Position numbers and translations under genes: made by a program
The notes under the pieces: model-generated
Told to the model about the DNA's origin: nothing
The model's database searches: none
Seen by the model: only the letters and a program-made list of their open reading frames with translations
In this document: piece after piece, positions 42,320-51,932 of the stretch
Position numbering within the stretch: the first letter of the stretch is position 1
Layout of the letters: each line of letters starts with the position of its first letter
Assembly: GCA_963735035.1 (NCBI GenBank)
Contig: CAVTJJ010000006.1
Span: 480,001 to 544,000 of the forward strand
DNA length: 64,000 nucleotides
Reading direction: 5' to 3'
Source of the DNA: an uncultured candidate division Zixibacteria bacterium
Lineage (GTDB): Bacteria; Zixibacteria; MSB-5A5; GN15; FEB-12

Positions 42320-43353
42320 CCTAAGTTCACAAACGAAGTGCAACACCTGTTAAAGGTGTTGTCATGGAACGAACATATGCACAGATCAGTCTTGGAGAGC
42401 GGTGTGAGATGGCCCGCTTATGTGGCTCGGGGCGCTCGATTCGGCAAATTGCGGCAGCTTTGGATCGCGCGCCATCGTCCATTGCTCGGGAGATAACGCG
42501 AAATCGCAGCCGACAAAGCGGTTACCTGCCCGCCTATGCCAACGACCAGAGCCGTGCCCGGCGTTGGACCGGCTCCAAATTGGATCGCCGTCCAGAACTG
42601 CGCGACATGGTAGTGATGGGACTAGCTAATGGTTTGTCTCCGGAGTTGGTCGCGGGAAGGCTGGCCGTGGAGATGGGCCGGAAGGTGATTTCCTACGAAA
42701 CGATCTACCGGTTTATCTACGCGCAGATCGCCCGTACTAAGGATTACACTTGGCGGTACTTACTGATCCGTGGCCGAGCCAGACGTAGCTGGCGAGGGTG
42801 CAAGAGAGGTCGGTCGACGTCGTCTATAGCCCTGCGGTGCCCTATCTCCGCGCGGCCGAAGAGCGCCAAGAGCCGGAAAACACCAGGACACTGGGAAGGT
42901 GATCTCATGAACTTCCGAATACCCGATCAGAGCGTCCTTGTCCTTCATGAGCGGCGCTCACGCCTGATGATGGGGGTTAAGCTGCCGGCCAAAGATGCCG
43001 CCTCGGTTGCTAAGGCCATGTGCACTCTCCTGGCACCCTTGCCGCACGCCTGGCGACAAACCATCACCTTCGATAACGGCCCCGAGTTCGGCCAACACTA
43101 CCAACTCCATGACCATGGTATCGAGACCTACTTCTGTAACACCTACTCACCATGGCAGAAAGGTGGCGTTGAAAATGGAATCGGTCGCCTCCGACGAGTA
43201 CTCCCTCGGTCAACCGACTTGACCAAACTCTCGCCGAGACGGTTCGCAGACTTCTTTCAAATCTACAATAACACGCCTCGAAAATGCCTGGACTTCCTCA
43301 CTCCAGCAGAGTTCTTTTGGCGCGAACTGTTGCACTTCAAATGTGAATCCAGC
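42320..43353 (+). mobile_element. IS30-family insertion sequence
   Basis: Imperfect 25-bp terminal IRs ctaagttcacaaacgaagtgcaaca / tgttgcacttcaaatgtgaatccag; flanked by C runs (TSD ambiguous). Confidence 0.9.
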
Positions 43354-43362
43354 CCCGGCTAA
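42364..43362 (+). CDS. IS30-family DDE transposase
   Basis: HTH (SIRQIAAALDRAPSSIAREITRN), SYETIYRFIY, GHWEGD, TFDNGPEF, PWQKGGVEN, NNTPRKCL. Confidence 0.95.
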   Translation: MERTYAQISLGERCEMARLCGSGRSIRQIAAALDRAPSSIAREITRNRSRQSGYLPAYANDQSRARRWTGSKLDRRPELRDMVVMGLANGLSPELVAGRLAVEMGRKVISYETIYRFIYAQIARTKDYTWRYLLIRGRARRSWRGCKRGRSTSSIALRCPISARPKSAKSRKTPGHWEGDLMNFRIPDQSVLVLHERRSRLMMGVKLPAKDAASVAKAMCTLLAPLPHAWRQTITFDNGPEFGQHYQLHDHGIETYFCNTYSPWQKGGVENGIGRLRRVLPRSTDLTKLSPRRFADFFQIYNNTPRKCLDFLTPAEFFWRELLHFKCESSPG

Positions 43363-43420
43363 ACCGGGGCAAGACAGACAGAGGACCGGGGCAAGACAGA
43401 TAGAGGACCGGGGCAAGACA
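43363..43420 (+). repeat. 22-bp tandem repeat, about 2.7 copies
   Basis: accggggcaagacagaYagagg twice plus accggggcaagacag. Confidence 0.85.
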
Positions 43421-43571
43421 GTATGAGTGGCGTTCACCAGACCGAGAATTGTCTTGACCCCAGCGCGTACGAAAGCATTCTTTCAAAATGCATGAATCGC
43501 GCTCAGGCTGTGCGGCCTGTCTTCCGGCAGTCAAACTAGATCAATTGCAAAGCGAACACTGAGGGTCCCCG

Positions 43572-44537
43572 ATGCGTTCATTTCATCTCGCCCGACGAGG
43601 ACTGGTCAACTACATCACGCGGCGCCCGTTCTGCGTTTCCTTCGAGATCACGCGGAACTGCAACGCCCGATGCAAACACTGCCATCTCGGGCCTCCCCTA
43701 TCAGAACACCAGATTACGCCGGACCAGATCGGAAGGATATGCCGGGAACTTCGACCCGTGCTCGCACAGGTGTCCGGTGGTGAGCCGCTCCTGCACAAAG
43801 ATGTCGAGGATATCATCCGCGCGATCCGCAATCCGGGCCATGACCCGCTCATCTTCGTGACCACCAACGGGTCACTGCTCACGCCGGAACGATTTCGTCG
43901 GCTGGTGGAAGCCGGAGTCGATGAGTATTCACTCTCGCTGGACTACCCGGATGAACGACACGACGATTTCCGGAAAATTCCGGGTCTGTTTCAGCGCATC
44001 AAACGACTCATAGAATCTCTCGACAAAGAAGAACTCAAGAGAATCACTCTGGCATGTGTGGTGCAAAGCGACAATTTTCGTGATTTGCCGAAAATAGCCG
44101 AACTCGCCCGGACCTGGGGTGTCAGGGTGAACTTCTCAGGCTACACCCGCCTTCGCACCCAAAACACAGACTATTTGATCGAAGGCGATAAGCTGGATGA
44201 ATTCAGGGTGATCGTCGAAGACTTGCGGGCGTTCAGACGTCGGCATAACACGATTCGAACTTCGGACTACGTGTTTGACAATATGATCAAGTTCTTTCGG
44301 GAGGGAAGAATCAGGAATTGTCGAGCCGGAGAACGACTTCTCGTGGTCAATCCCGACGGGACGCTGTCGCCGTGCGGATTGTTGGTTCGCGATTATCCTA
44401 CGCTGGACGCAATCCAGCGCGAGTTTACTACCAGCAATGGCTGCGATTTGTGTTACACCAGCAGCCGGGCCAACTCGGAGCGCCCGGTATGGTATCTCGT
44501 GAAAGATAACCTGAGCCAGGTGTTCGGGGGACGATAG
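43572..44537 (+). CDS. Radical SAM protein with C-terminal SPASM/twitch-like Cys motif
   Basis: CNARCKHC, SGGEPLL, TTNGSLL, SLD; CRAG...VNPDGTLSPC...CDLC. Confidence 0.9.
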   Translation: MRSFHLARRGLVNYITRRPFCVSFEITRNCNARCKHCHLGPPLSEHQITPDQIGRICRELRPVLAQVSGGEPLLHKDVEDIIRAIRNPGHDPLIFVTTNGSLLTPERFRRLVEAGVDEYSLSLDYPDERHDDFRKIPGLFQRIKRLIESLDKEELKRITLACVVQSDNFRDLPKIAELARTWGVRVNFSGYTRLRTQNTDYLIEGDKLDEFRVIVEDLRAFRRRHNTIRTSDYVFDNMIKFFREGRIRNCRAGERLLVVNPDGTLSPCGLLVRDYPTLDAIQREFTTSNGCDLCYTSSRANSERPVWYLVKDNLSQVFGGR

Positions 44538-44564
44538 CGATCATATCTTCCGCGCCGAACGTTC

Positions 44565-44785
44565 TGGGTGGCCCACCCTATGGGTGGGATTCTCTCTGTG
44601 CGGCAGGGGTAGAACCCTGCCGATCAAAATACACCAGAAAGTCGGCAGATGTGGGCATCTGCCGGGCACGTTTTCAATTCCCCTGGGTGCCCCGGCTGAA
44701 CCGGGGCAAGACGAAACTGGACAACCCTTGGGTGCCCCGGTCAAGCCTGGGCTATACAGAGATAGTGCCGGGGCAAGACATCGAG
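44565..44785. repeat. Cluster of REP-like palindromes
   Basis: cccaccc-tat-gggtggg; cggcagggg...ccctgccg; two copies of cttgggtgccccgg-like units and ccggggcaagac. Confidence 0.6.
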
Positions 44786-44944
44786 GGGTGCAGAGAATAT
44801 CGTGCCCAATTTTGTCCTCAAAGTCCTTGCGCTCTGTTCCGGCTTTCGTGTAGCTTTGGGTAGATTATGGAATCGACTCTCGCGGGACAGGGAATGGTCG
44901 TCCCTCGAAGTCGCACATGGTTCAATCACAAAAGGAGAGAGACA

Positions 44945-45445
44945 ATGCGGAAAGCATTGATCGTGTTGTTACCGGTGGCCTTTCTCATCCTGGTCGCTTG
45001 GCCGATTCAGGCTCAGGAAAAGGCTGCTCCGAAATTTCTCGACCCCGCCTACTGCTACTTCTGTCAGCCGTTGACCCAGACCGAAGGTTTGATGGACAAC
45101 CTCACCTTCGAAAACCTCAAGATCAAGAACGGCGTCGTGGCGGTGACCACCTACAAGCCCGGATGGAAAGACAAGTACAAAGCCGCCTCGGCAGAAATGC
45201 AGCAACGTTGGCAGACCTACGACCCTACCAAACCGCAGCCGATGTGTGGCCTGTGCACTGCCTGGACGAAACTGCCGATGGACAAGCTGAGCATGGAGTC
45301 GGTTGAATTCAACGGCGGTGAAATGGGCCTCACGACTTCGGCCGATCCCGCCCTTGTGGCGCAGATGCACGAAATCGCCGACAAGACCAACGCGGCTATG
45401 GCCGAAATGATGAAAGCGCCGGCTACGCCGACCGAGCTGAAGTAG
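44945..45445 (+). CDS. Small secreted protein with two CxxC motifs
   Basis: AGGAG RBS; signal peptide MRKALIVLLPVAFLILVAWPIQA; CYFC and CGLC. Confidence 0.75.
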   Translation: MRKALIVLLPVAFLILVAWPIQAQEKAAPKFLDPAYCYFCQPLTQTEGLMDNLTFENLKIKNGVVAVTTYKPGWKDKYKAASAEMQQRWQTYDPTKPQPMCGLCTAWTKLPMDKLSMESVEFNGGEMGLTTSADPALVAQMHEIADKTNAAMAEMMKAPATPTELK

Positions 45446-45459
45446 GTAGTGTGGTACAG

Positions 45460-45590
45460 TGGTTGGCGGACGTCCTCGTCCGACAACAGATTATCGTGGT
45501 GGACGAGGACGTCCACCACGCACAGCGTCAGTGGCGGGTTCGAAGACGGACCCGCCCTACAAATCTGATCCCACCCATAGGGTGGGCCAG
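45460..45590. repeat. Cluster of REP-like palindromes
   Basis: ggacgtcctcgtcc (45468) / ggacgaggacgtcc (45501); ggcgggtt...acccgccctac; atcccacccatagggtgggcc. Confidence 0.65.
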
Positions 45591-45602
45591 CACATCTCGC
45601 AC

Positions 45603-47177
45603 CTACCACCAAACCTGTGCGCCAGCGGAGTCAAGCGTGAAGATCCGTTCTTCCTCGCGGTTGGAACCTTTTGCCAACAACCAATACAGCGCCCCGGACG
45701 GCACGTTCTCAGCCACGGTTGGTTGTTCGGTGGCGGTGAATGACGAGACCAACTGCCAATCGTCACCCTTCCAATAGAAGAACTCGTATTCCTGGCCGGG
45801 GATCAGCGCCGATGGTTTGTGTCCTTCGGTTGAAGCATCCTGTTGCTTCTTAGTCGTCGCAGTCAGCTTTATCGAAATCCGCGAAGTCGTATCTGGTGTC
45901 ATCACAGATTGGCGGGCGTCGTTCCCAAGCAGAAACGCCGGGCCGTAAGGTACAATTTTCGCATTCAGATAGAGCGCCGGTAGATATGCCACACCCTTCC
46001 CCATTTCAGAGAAGATCGCGGCGTTGTCTTTCACTCGTCCCCAATAGATCGGTTTCCATTCGCCGTCGTTGAAGATGCATAGATAGGCAATATCTACCGA
46101 GTCGGGAACCGGCTGCGCGAAGGTCACCGCGACGTCGCACACTTCCATGTATTCGCGGGTAACATCGCGATACGCTTTCCCCGCCAGCCAGCCGGGGAGA
46201 GAATCCTGTTTGTGTGGCTGGAACGCCAGCACTTCCGATTGAGCCGCGAACATCTTACGATAAATTTTGGCGGCCTTCCACGTGAGTTGATACTCGCCCG
46301 GATTGGCTTCGGCCCCCATGAACGGAATGACACGCCCGTCGCCGGTTACAATCGCGTTCCAGGCGTGGTTGTTGCCATTGTTGGCCCAATAGGGGGTGTA
46401 GTCGCTGGTGACGCCTATACCCATTGATCTCATAGCAAAGATTGTGACATTGGTCATGTCCTCGCAGCGTCCGAGATGAGTCTGAAGCATTTCAGTCAGG
46501 CCGAGATCAGTCGGGTGATAATAATACCGTTCATCGAAACTGAACCAGGTCTTGATGTCTTCGTTGATGAGCCGGGCCGCTTCGATCGGATCGGATGGGT
46601 TGGTCATGCGCTTTTCGAGGTCCTTGTATTTCTCCCAGAACATTTGGCGCCATCCTTCGAGCGGTTCGTTGCTCCCGCGATAAGGGAGAACGTAATCGCG
46701 GAAATCTTCCCAGGACAGATTCTTCGCCCACGGTTTTTCGCGCCAGGCTCGGAAGGCGTAGTTGATTTGGTTGATGAGAAAATCGGCCGTTAAGATCTGC
46801 ATATCGTAGACTGGTTCGTGACGTCCGAAATCTACCGGACCGCGCACCTTTTCGATAGAATCGGCCGCTCCTTGTAACACAGTGTAGCTGGGGAATGAAA
46901 GAATATCGAACGGTATTTCCGTGCCGGTGGTATCGTGCATGTAGTATGTGACGTAGCAATGAGGCCGCATGTTGGCAATCAGGAATTCGGCGGCCTGCAA
47001 TTTCAGAGTATCGCCCTGTCTCTCATAATACTGCAGCACCTGTTCAAGGTGAGGACGGTTGCCTTTCGCGGAGTCGAGGGTCTTCTCGACTTCCGGGCCA
47101 TAGCTTGTGGCTCCGAATGAGGCGCCGGATGCTATCGAAATGGCGACGATTGTGGAGGCGAAGATTCGAATGTTCAC
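45603..47177 (-). CDS. Secreted transglutaminase-like domain protein
   Basis: Signal peptide from GTG 47177 (AGGAG RBS); AAEFLIANM, YVLPYR..NEPL, GRCEDMT, NHAWN. Confidence 0.8.
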   Translation of the reverse strand: MNIRIFASTIVAISIASGASFGATSYGPEVEKTLDSAKGNRPHLEQVLQYYERQGDTLKLQAAEFLIANMRPHCYVTYYMHDTTGTEIPFDILSFPSYTVLQGAADSIEKVRGPVDFGRHEPVYDMQILTADFLINQINYAFRAWREKPWAKNLSWEDFRDYVLPYRGSNEPLEGWRQMFWEKYKDLEKRMTNPSDPIEAARLINEDIKTWFSFDERYYYHPTDLGLTEMLQTHLGRCEDMTNVTIFAMRSMGIGVTSDYTPYWANNGNNHAWNAIVTGDGRVIPFMGAEANPGEYQLTWKAAKIYRKMFAAQSEVLAFQPHKQDSLPGWLAGKAYRDVTREYMEVCDVAVTFAQPVPDSVDIAYLCIFNDGEWKPIYWGRVKDNAAIFSEMGKGVAYLPALYLNAKIVPYGPAFLLGNDARQSVMTPDTTSRISIKLTATTKKQQDASTEGHKPSALIPGQEYEFFYWKGDDWQLVSSFTATEQPTVAENVPSGALYWLLAKGSNREEERIFTLDSAGAQVWW

Positions 47178-47269
47178 ACGGTACTCCTGTGAGGTTACTC
47201 TATCAGTAGGAATCAAGATATGGAATTGAAACACCGATGACAATATCCGGGTGAGCCCCTGCTAAGAAA

Positions 47270-47302
47270 AGAGATCGGCGATCAAAGTGATCACCGATCT
47301 CT
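47270..47302 (-). terminator. Intrinsic terminator after the M16 peptidase gene
   Basis: agagatcggcgatca-aag-tgatcaccgatctct; T-rich tail on the minus strand. Confidence 0.7.
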
Positions 47303-47329
47303 CTGTGACATCGAAATGGTTTCAGTGCG

Positions 47330-50300
47330 CTACATCGTCAGCCAGAAATCGCGCGCATAGAGCCGATACACCGGCTGCGGGCTTTCCGTGGAAGTGATGT
47401 AATCCTGAAGGAGTTTGAATTGTGTTTCCGGGCCGATCAGGAAGAACGAACCGTCGTCGCTCTGGGCGAGCGGTTTCCCGTAGCCGATAAGCACCGGTCC
47501 GTAAGTTGACGGCATCAGGTCGGTCAATTCCTGGAGAAGTCCCGGTCGTTGGCGCACTTCCAGTACCTTCTGATTGTATGCCCGGACGACATCCGGCGTG
47601 TAACCATCGGCCAGATCGGCGGCCATCGATTCTCCCCGATCTTCATACTGATTTGGTGCACGTGAGAGGCCGAATACCTGAGCAACCGAGTAGTCCAGCA
47701 AGTCAGGCGTTGGCCTGGCATTCTTCAATTCGTTGACCACGAAGCGCATCGTCTCGGACACATCAGGGCAGCGCTCGGCATAATAGCTGACCCGCCCGCT
47801 CTGCGAATTGTAGCCGTAACCGTTGCTGTACGCCAGACCGGCCGCCCAGGTCTTCATGAACAAGCCATGCGGACCATTGCCTCCATACAGCTTGCCGGAC
47901 AAACAATCCATAACCGAACTGGTGGTGGTATCATACCTTCCGGCTATGTGAGCGCTGTACAAAAGTACGCCGTTCTGCGTGGCCTCATATACGAGTCCGA
48001 CATAGACCGGTTTGGTCAGGCCCGGTTCCCGCGACGCGAGCCGTTCCACTACGCGGCGTTTGGCCGCATACTGCTGTCTGACCGAAGGCTGTTTGCCAAG
48101 TTTCGAAACCAGAGCTTCGATTTTGGGCATGGCGGCTTCACGGTCGGTGGCGTTGCTGATCATGAAGAAGCGGGCATTGTCGGAGCGACGAATCAAGTCC
48201 ATCACCGCGCTAAGCTGTGTCAGGGCAGTCTCGGGGGACATCAGCAAATCACGTTTGGCCTCGCCGCAGAGGTAGCTCCAATCGTTCGCCAGGTTGGCGT
48301 CCGGGATGTCACCCAGCGTGGCCTGGAGCGCGGTCACGAGATCCTTGGCGACAGAAGCCGAATGAGTGCCCAGGGCGCGGTATTGAGTTATCAAGTTCTT
48401 ATCAGCCGCGGACGAAGCAGCTTCGGGGGCCTTTTCCAGGCCAGTCAATGCCGCCGTCAAATCATGACGCGAATGATCGGGTCCGAGAGTTTCCAGCGCC
48501 GCTATGAACGCTGTCAGTTCCTGTCGTGAGGTCTCATCGCCGGGATCGGTCAGCATCCAGCGAAGGCGCTGCAATGAATGCACCCTTGTCAAGAAACAGT
48601 TGGCTGACATGATGAGCGGGTTTTTATCGAAACGGTACCCATTCGACGGCCCGTCGACCCAGCTCTCCTCGGATCCACGAACCCGGTTACGATTGCCCTG
48701 AATCATCTGATCGATGCGGTCAATCATGCGCGGGAGGTTGTCTTTAGAAAGATATGGCGTATAGAGTCCGGCGTTCATCCAGTCGATGGCCGCGGACAAT
48801 TCCTTTGGATTGGAACCTTCGCCGGAGATGACCAGTTCGACACGCCCGGTAGGCAAACCCACAGAGTAGTTGGCACCGAAGCCGAGTACTTCCTGACGCA
48901 GCCGCTCCATCATCTGGTCAAAGGTCAGGGTCTGACCGTCCTTAATTACGCCGATGGCATTGATGACAGACGGCACAAACGGCACGTACACCATCAGGGA
49001 TTCGGGAATGACATCAAGGCGCAGGGCCAGGCCGACCCGGGATGAAGTCATATTGTCGAAAGTGGAAGCCACCATCGGAATGCGACCGGGCAGAGTAATC
49101 ACCTTGTAGTCGAGCTGATCGTCGAGTGTCATCGGCGGGTTCTTGATGAAACCGGGCATATCGAATTTGGCGGCGGCCGAGTCCAGCTGAGCCGTCTTGG
49201 CATCGAAGTCCGCTTTGTAGCGGGCAATTGCTTTCTGTGGATCTGTTACGCCGTATTGTTTCTCCATGTCCTTGACGTAACCGTCGAGGCGCGCCTTCTT
49301 GGCGTCCTCAGCGGTCTTGAGAAGACTCGGATCGGGAATCCCACCCACGGCGTACGGCTTGACGGTCAAAAGCCGCCAGGTGTCGACGCGCTCGCGCCAA
49401 ATGTTCTTGTCGAGCGAAATAAGTGAGTCGATATAGTTGAAGGATTCGGGGAAGACCAGTGATTTGCGGAACCCCGGCACTCTCTCAAGATTCTTCATGA
49501 TTTCAACCCATCGTCCGGCAGGACCTCCTCGGAAACCGAACATGGGCGGTTGATTGAGCACGTTCACCGCCTGCTTGCGCGCTTCAACCATCCGATTGCG
49601 CGTACGAGTGTTGAATTCCTTGAGCTGCTCCGAACCGTCCGGATAGTCGTGCAGTTGGCGTATAGCGCCAATAATCATGTTTCGCGCGCTGTCCAACAGA
49701 GGCTGATTAACCAGCGCGCTCGTGACACCGGTTACGTCGAAACAAATCGGCACGCCGAAATCATCCTCGACCCAGCCGTCTACTCCGGTGGCTCCGATAT
49801 CAATCTTCTTAGTACCAGAATTTACGAACAGATTGTACAGGTCGGACGTTTCGCCACTGCCGAAAGACTGCAGAAACATCTCCAGAACCGCCCGCTCCTT
49901 GTAGTCCAAAGACAGGTCCGCGGGCCAGGAGTACAGAAGGTAGCCGGGGTCCTCGGCCTTGGCACTGGGATAAGTCGCTATCAGTGACGTACCTTCCGGA
50001 GCGGCTGCGGGTGAGGGAAAATCAAAACCGGTGAGTCCCGGAAGGGCACTCGAATCGGGAGTGCTCTGGCACCGATCGAGGGTGGCGCTCATCTGACGAA
50101 GCATCGACTCGACCCCAATCGTCTTGGGTATCGACACCACGGCTCCCATGTTGGCGAGATGGTGGGTGGCTTTGTGGAAGTCCCACATATCTTTCGGCAC
50201 CATGGTGCGCATGACTTCGGGATCGCCGCCGGAAACATCGGTCAGAGGGTGGTTCTGGCCATAGACCAATTGAAACAGCTTACGATACGTGTTGTAATAC

Positions 50301-50902
50301 GGCTTCTCGAACGAACTCACCATTTCGGTGTAGACCGTACCCTTTTCATCGATGGATAGCGTGCTGTCCTGGGGATTCTCAACCACTCCCAGATGGCAGA
50401 CCTCGCGACGGATTTCCTCGTCGGTGAAGTCAGGATGAAGCAGAGCCTGGAGCTTGGCTTCGAAGATTTGGTAGAAAGTATCATCGCCGGCGCAGGTGTT
50501 GAACTGATAGCAGGTGCGATACTGTTCGGTGTACGCGGTGCTGTTGGCGAGCGCCATATCTTCAAGCGCGGCCACATAACGTCCGCGATTCCCTTTGCCG
50601 AGCAGCAGGTGTTCACACGCATGGGGTTCGCCTCGGCTGGCCGAGATCGGAGTCTTGATCCACATGAAGGACTGAGGCACCGACTGAATTTCGAGCAGAT
50701 CGATAATGAACCCGTTCTTTTCGGACATGAAACGGGCGCCCATCGCCTTACCCGACGCGTCATCGTAGAGGTTTACGACCCGAAAGCCGTCGACTACCTG
50801 ATTAGGTTGAAGGCCCTCGAGGAACTCGTCCGCCTGTACCGGCAGGCACAGAAGCACGGCGGCCAGGGCGGCGACACACAGTATTCGCGAGATGAATTTC
50901 AT
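47330..50902 (-). CDS. Secreted M16 (insulinase/presequence-protease-like) metallopeptidase
   Basis: Signal peptide; inverzincin HACEH, NSTAYT, KGTVYTEM, SGGDP, GLAYS. Confidence 0.85.
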   Translation of the reverse strand: MKFISRILCVAALAAVLLCLPVQADEFLEGLQPNQVVDGFRVVNLYDDASGKAMGARFMSEKNGFIIDLLEIQSVPQSFMWIKTPISASRGEPHACEHLLLGKGNRGRYVAALEDMALANSTAYTEQYRTCYQFNTCAGDDTFYQIFEAKLQALLHPDFTDEEIRREVCHLGVVENPQDSTLSIDEKGTVYTEMVSSFEKPYYNTYRKLFQLVYGQNHPLTDVSGGDPEVMRTMVPKDMWDFHKATHHLANMGAVVSIPKTIGVESMLRQMSATLDRCQSTPDSSALPGLTGFDFPSPAAAPEGTSLIATYPSAKAEDPGYLLYSWPADLSLDYKERAVLEMFLQSFGSGETSDLYNLFVNSGTKKIDIGATGVDGWVEDDFGVPICFDVTGVTSALVNQPLLDSARNMIIGAIRQLHDYPDGSEQLKEFNTRTRNRMVEARKQAVNVLNQPPMFGFRGGPAGRWVEIMKNLERVPGFRKSLVFPESFNYIDSLISLDKNIWRERVDTWRLLTVKPYAVGGIPDPSLLKTAEDAKKARLDGYVKDMEKQYGVTDPQKAIARYKADFDAKTAQLDSAAAKFDMPGFIKNPPMTLDDQLDYKVITLPGRIPMVASTFDNMTSSRVGLALRLDVIPESLMVYVPFVPSVINAIGVIKDGQTLTFDQMMERLRQEVLGFGANYSVGLPTGRVELVISGEGSNPKELSAAIDWMNAGLYTPYLSKDNLPRMIDRIDQMIQGNRNRVRGSEESWVDGPSNGYRFDKNPLIMSANCFLTRVHSLQRLRWMLTDPGDETSRQELTAFIAALETLGPDHSRHDLTAALTGLEKAPEAASSAADKNLITQYRALGTHSASVAKDLVTALQATLGDIPDANLANDWSYLCGEAKRDLLMSPETALTQLSAVMDLIRRSDNARFFMISNATDREAAMPKIEALVSKLGKQPSVRQQYAAKRRVVERLASREPGLTKPVYVGLVYEATQNGVLLYSAHIAGRYDTTTSSVMDCLSGKLYGGNGPHGLFMKTWAAGLAYSNGYGYNSQSGRVSYYAERCPDVSETMRFVVNELKNARPTPDLLDYSVAQVFGLSRAPNQYEDRGESMAADLADGYTPDVVRAYNQKVLEVRQRPGLLQELTDLMPSTYGPVLIGYGKPLAQSDDGSFFLIGPETQFKLLQDYITSTESPQPVYRLYARDFWLTM

Positions 50903-51074
50903 GTAGTGAATCCTTTCCATGAACTAACCAAACACCACGCCAATAGTACGAATATACGAGGCTTTAGGGCAATGGGTTTCGGAAACGGATTCGCAGACCT
51001 ACCTGTTAACTTCTGTTAATAAACGGAGTGGAACGTTGAGAAGCGCGATACAGGTCAGTCCGACCCATGCAGAA

Positions 51075-51323
51075 CTATGAAGAATGGCGTTGGTCGCAGG
51101 CTAGTTGGTCCTTGGTGACGTAAAATTCACTGCGATAGAATTCGCAACGAGTGCAAGAATTCAGTTTGAGGGCGAAAGTGCCCATTACTTTGCCGCCGCA
51201 GAACGTGCCGGCGATACGGGCGCAGGTATGTCCGTTGGCCGGGTAGGCCGGGCAAACGCCCATCTCAGCGACTTTACTTCCGCCGGCCTCTCGGCCGCAT
51301 TTCATGTATTCCCAGCAGTTCAT
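51075..51323 (-). CDS. Small Cys-rich 'two-CW'-type domain protein
   Basis: NCWEYMKCGRE...CPA...CARIAGTFC...CTRCEFY. Confidence 0.8.
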   Translation of the reverse strand: MNCWEYMKCGREAGGSKVAEMGVCPAYPANGHTCARIAGTFCGGKVMGTFALKLNSCTRCEFYRSEFYVTKDQLACDQRHSS

Positions 51324-51412
51324 AGTCTGTGAACCAGTAGTCAAATCAACCTCATGTTCATAGTATCGGTAATTCTCGGCACAGGCATTATACTACTCAT
51401 GGCATTGCAAGT

Positions 51413-51916
51413 TCATGTGTTCAATTGCGTTAACTCGGAAAGTAACGAGAGAGAGCGGTCGTCGAGGGCACGTTGGGTGGCCAGGATGCCATCAAAGTGG
51501 TCACATTCATGCTGAATCAGTTCAGAGCGGTCATTCTCCAGGTGCCAGACAATCTCATTCCGTTGGAGGTCCATGAATCGCAAAGTACAGGAACGATGGC
51601 GGCGTACCTTCACCCGCAGACCGGGAAACGACATACAATCATCCCACAAGACAAATGTCTCCTGACTCAGGTCTTCGAGGACTGGGTTGATCAGATTATG
51701 GGGCGGGTCGGGATGCCAGTAAATCAGCCGCTTCATTACGCCTATCTGCGGGGCGGCTATAGCTCGACCGTAGCCGTGGCGTTGTTTGAAGTCCAGAAGA
51801 GTGTCGCGGAGATCATCGGCGATTGCCTTAATGCCGGCGAGTTCTTCCCGCCGAACGGGCGCACTGACCAGATAGAGCGAAGGATTCCCCAGAAGTATTA
51901 TCTCTCGAACGGCCAC
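51413..51916 (-). CDS. def: Peptide deformylase (variant motifs)
   Basis: IAAPQIG, LINP, DDCMSFPG, QHECDHFDGIL. Confidence 0.85.
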   Translation of the reverse strand: MAVREIILLGNPSLYLVSAPVRREELAGIKAIADDLRDTLLDFKQRHGYGRAIAAPQIGVMKRLIYWHPDPPHNLINPVLEDLSQETFVLWDDCMSFPGLRVKVRRHRSCTLRFMDLQRNEIVWHLENDRSELIQHECDHFDGILATQRALDDRSLSLLSELTQLNT

Positions 51917-51932
51917 GGCGATAAGGACTGTC

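Noticed and set aside
43363..43420. Possible CRISPR array
   Set aside because: Head-to-tail tandem repeat with no unique spacers and no cas genes
43572..45445. RiPP cluster around the radical SAM gene
   Set aside because: No precursor peptide, RRE domain, transporter or peptidase adjacent
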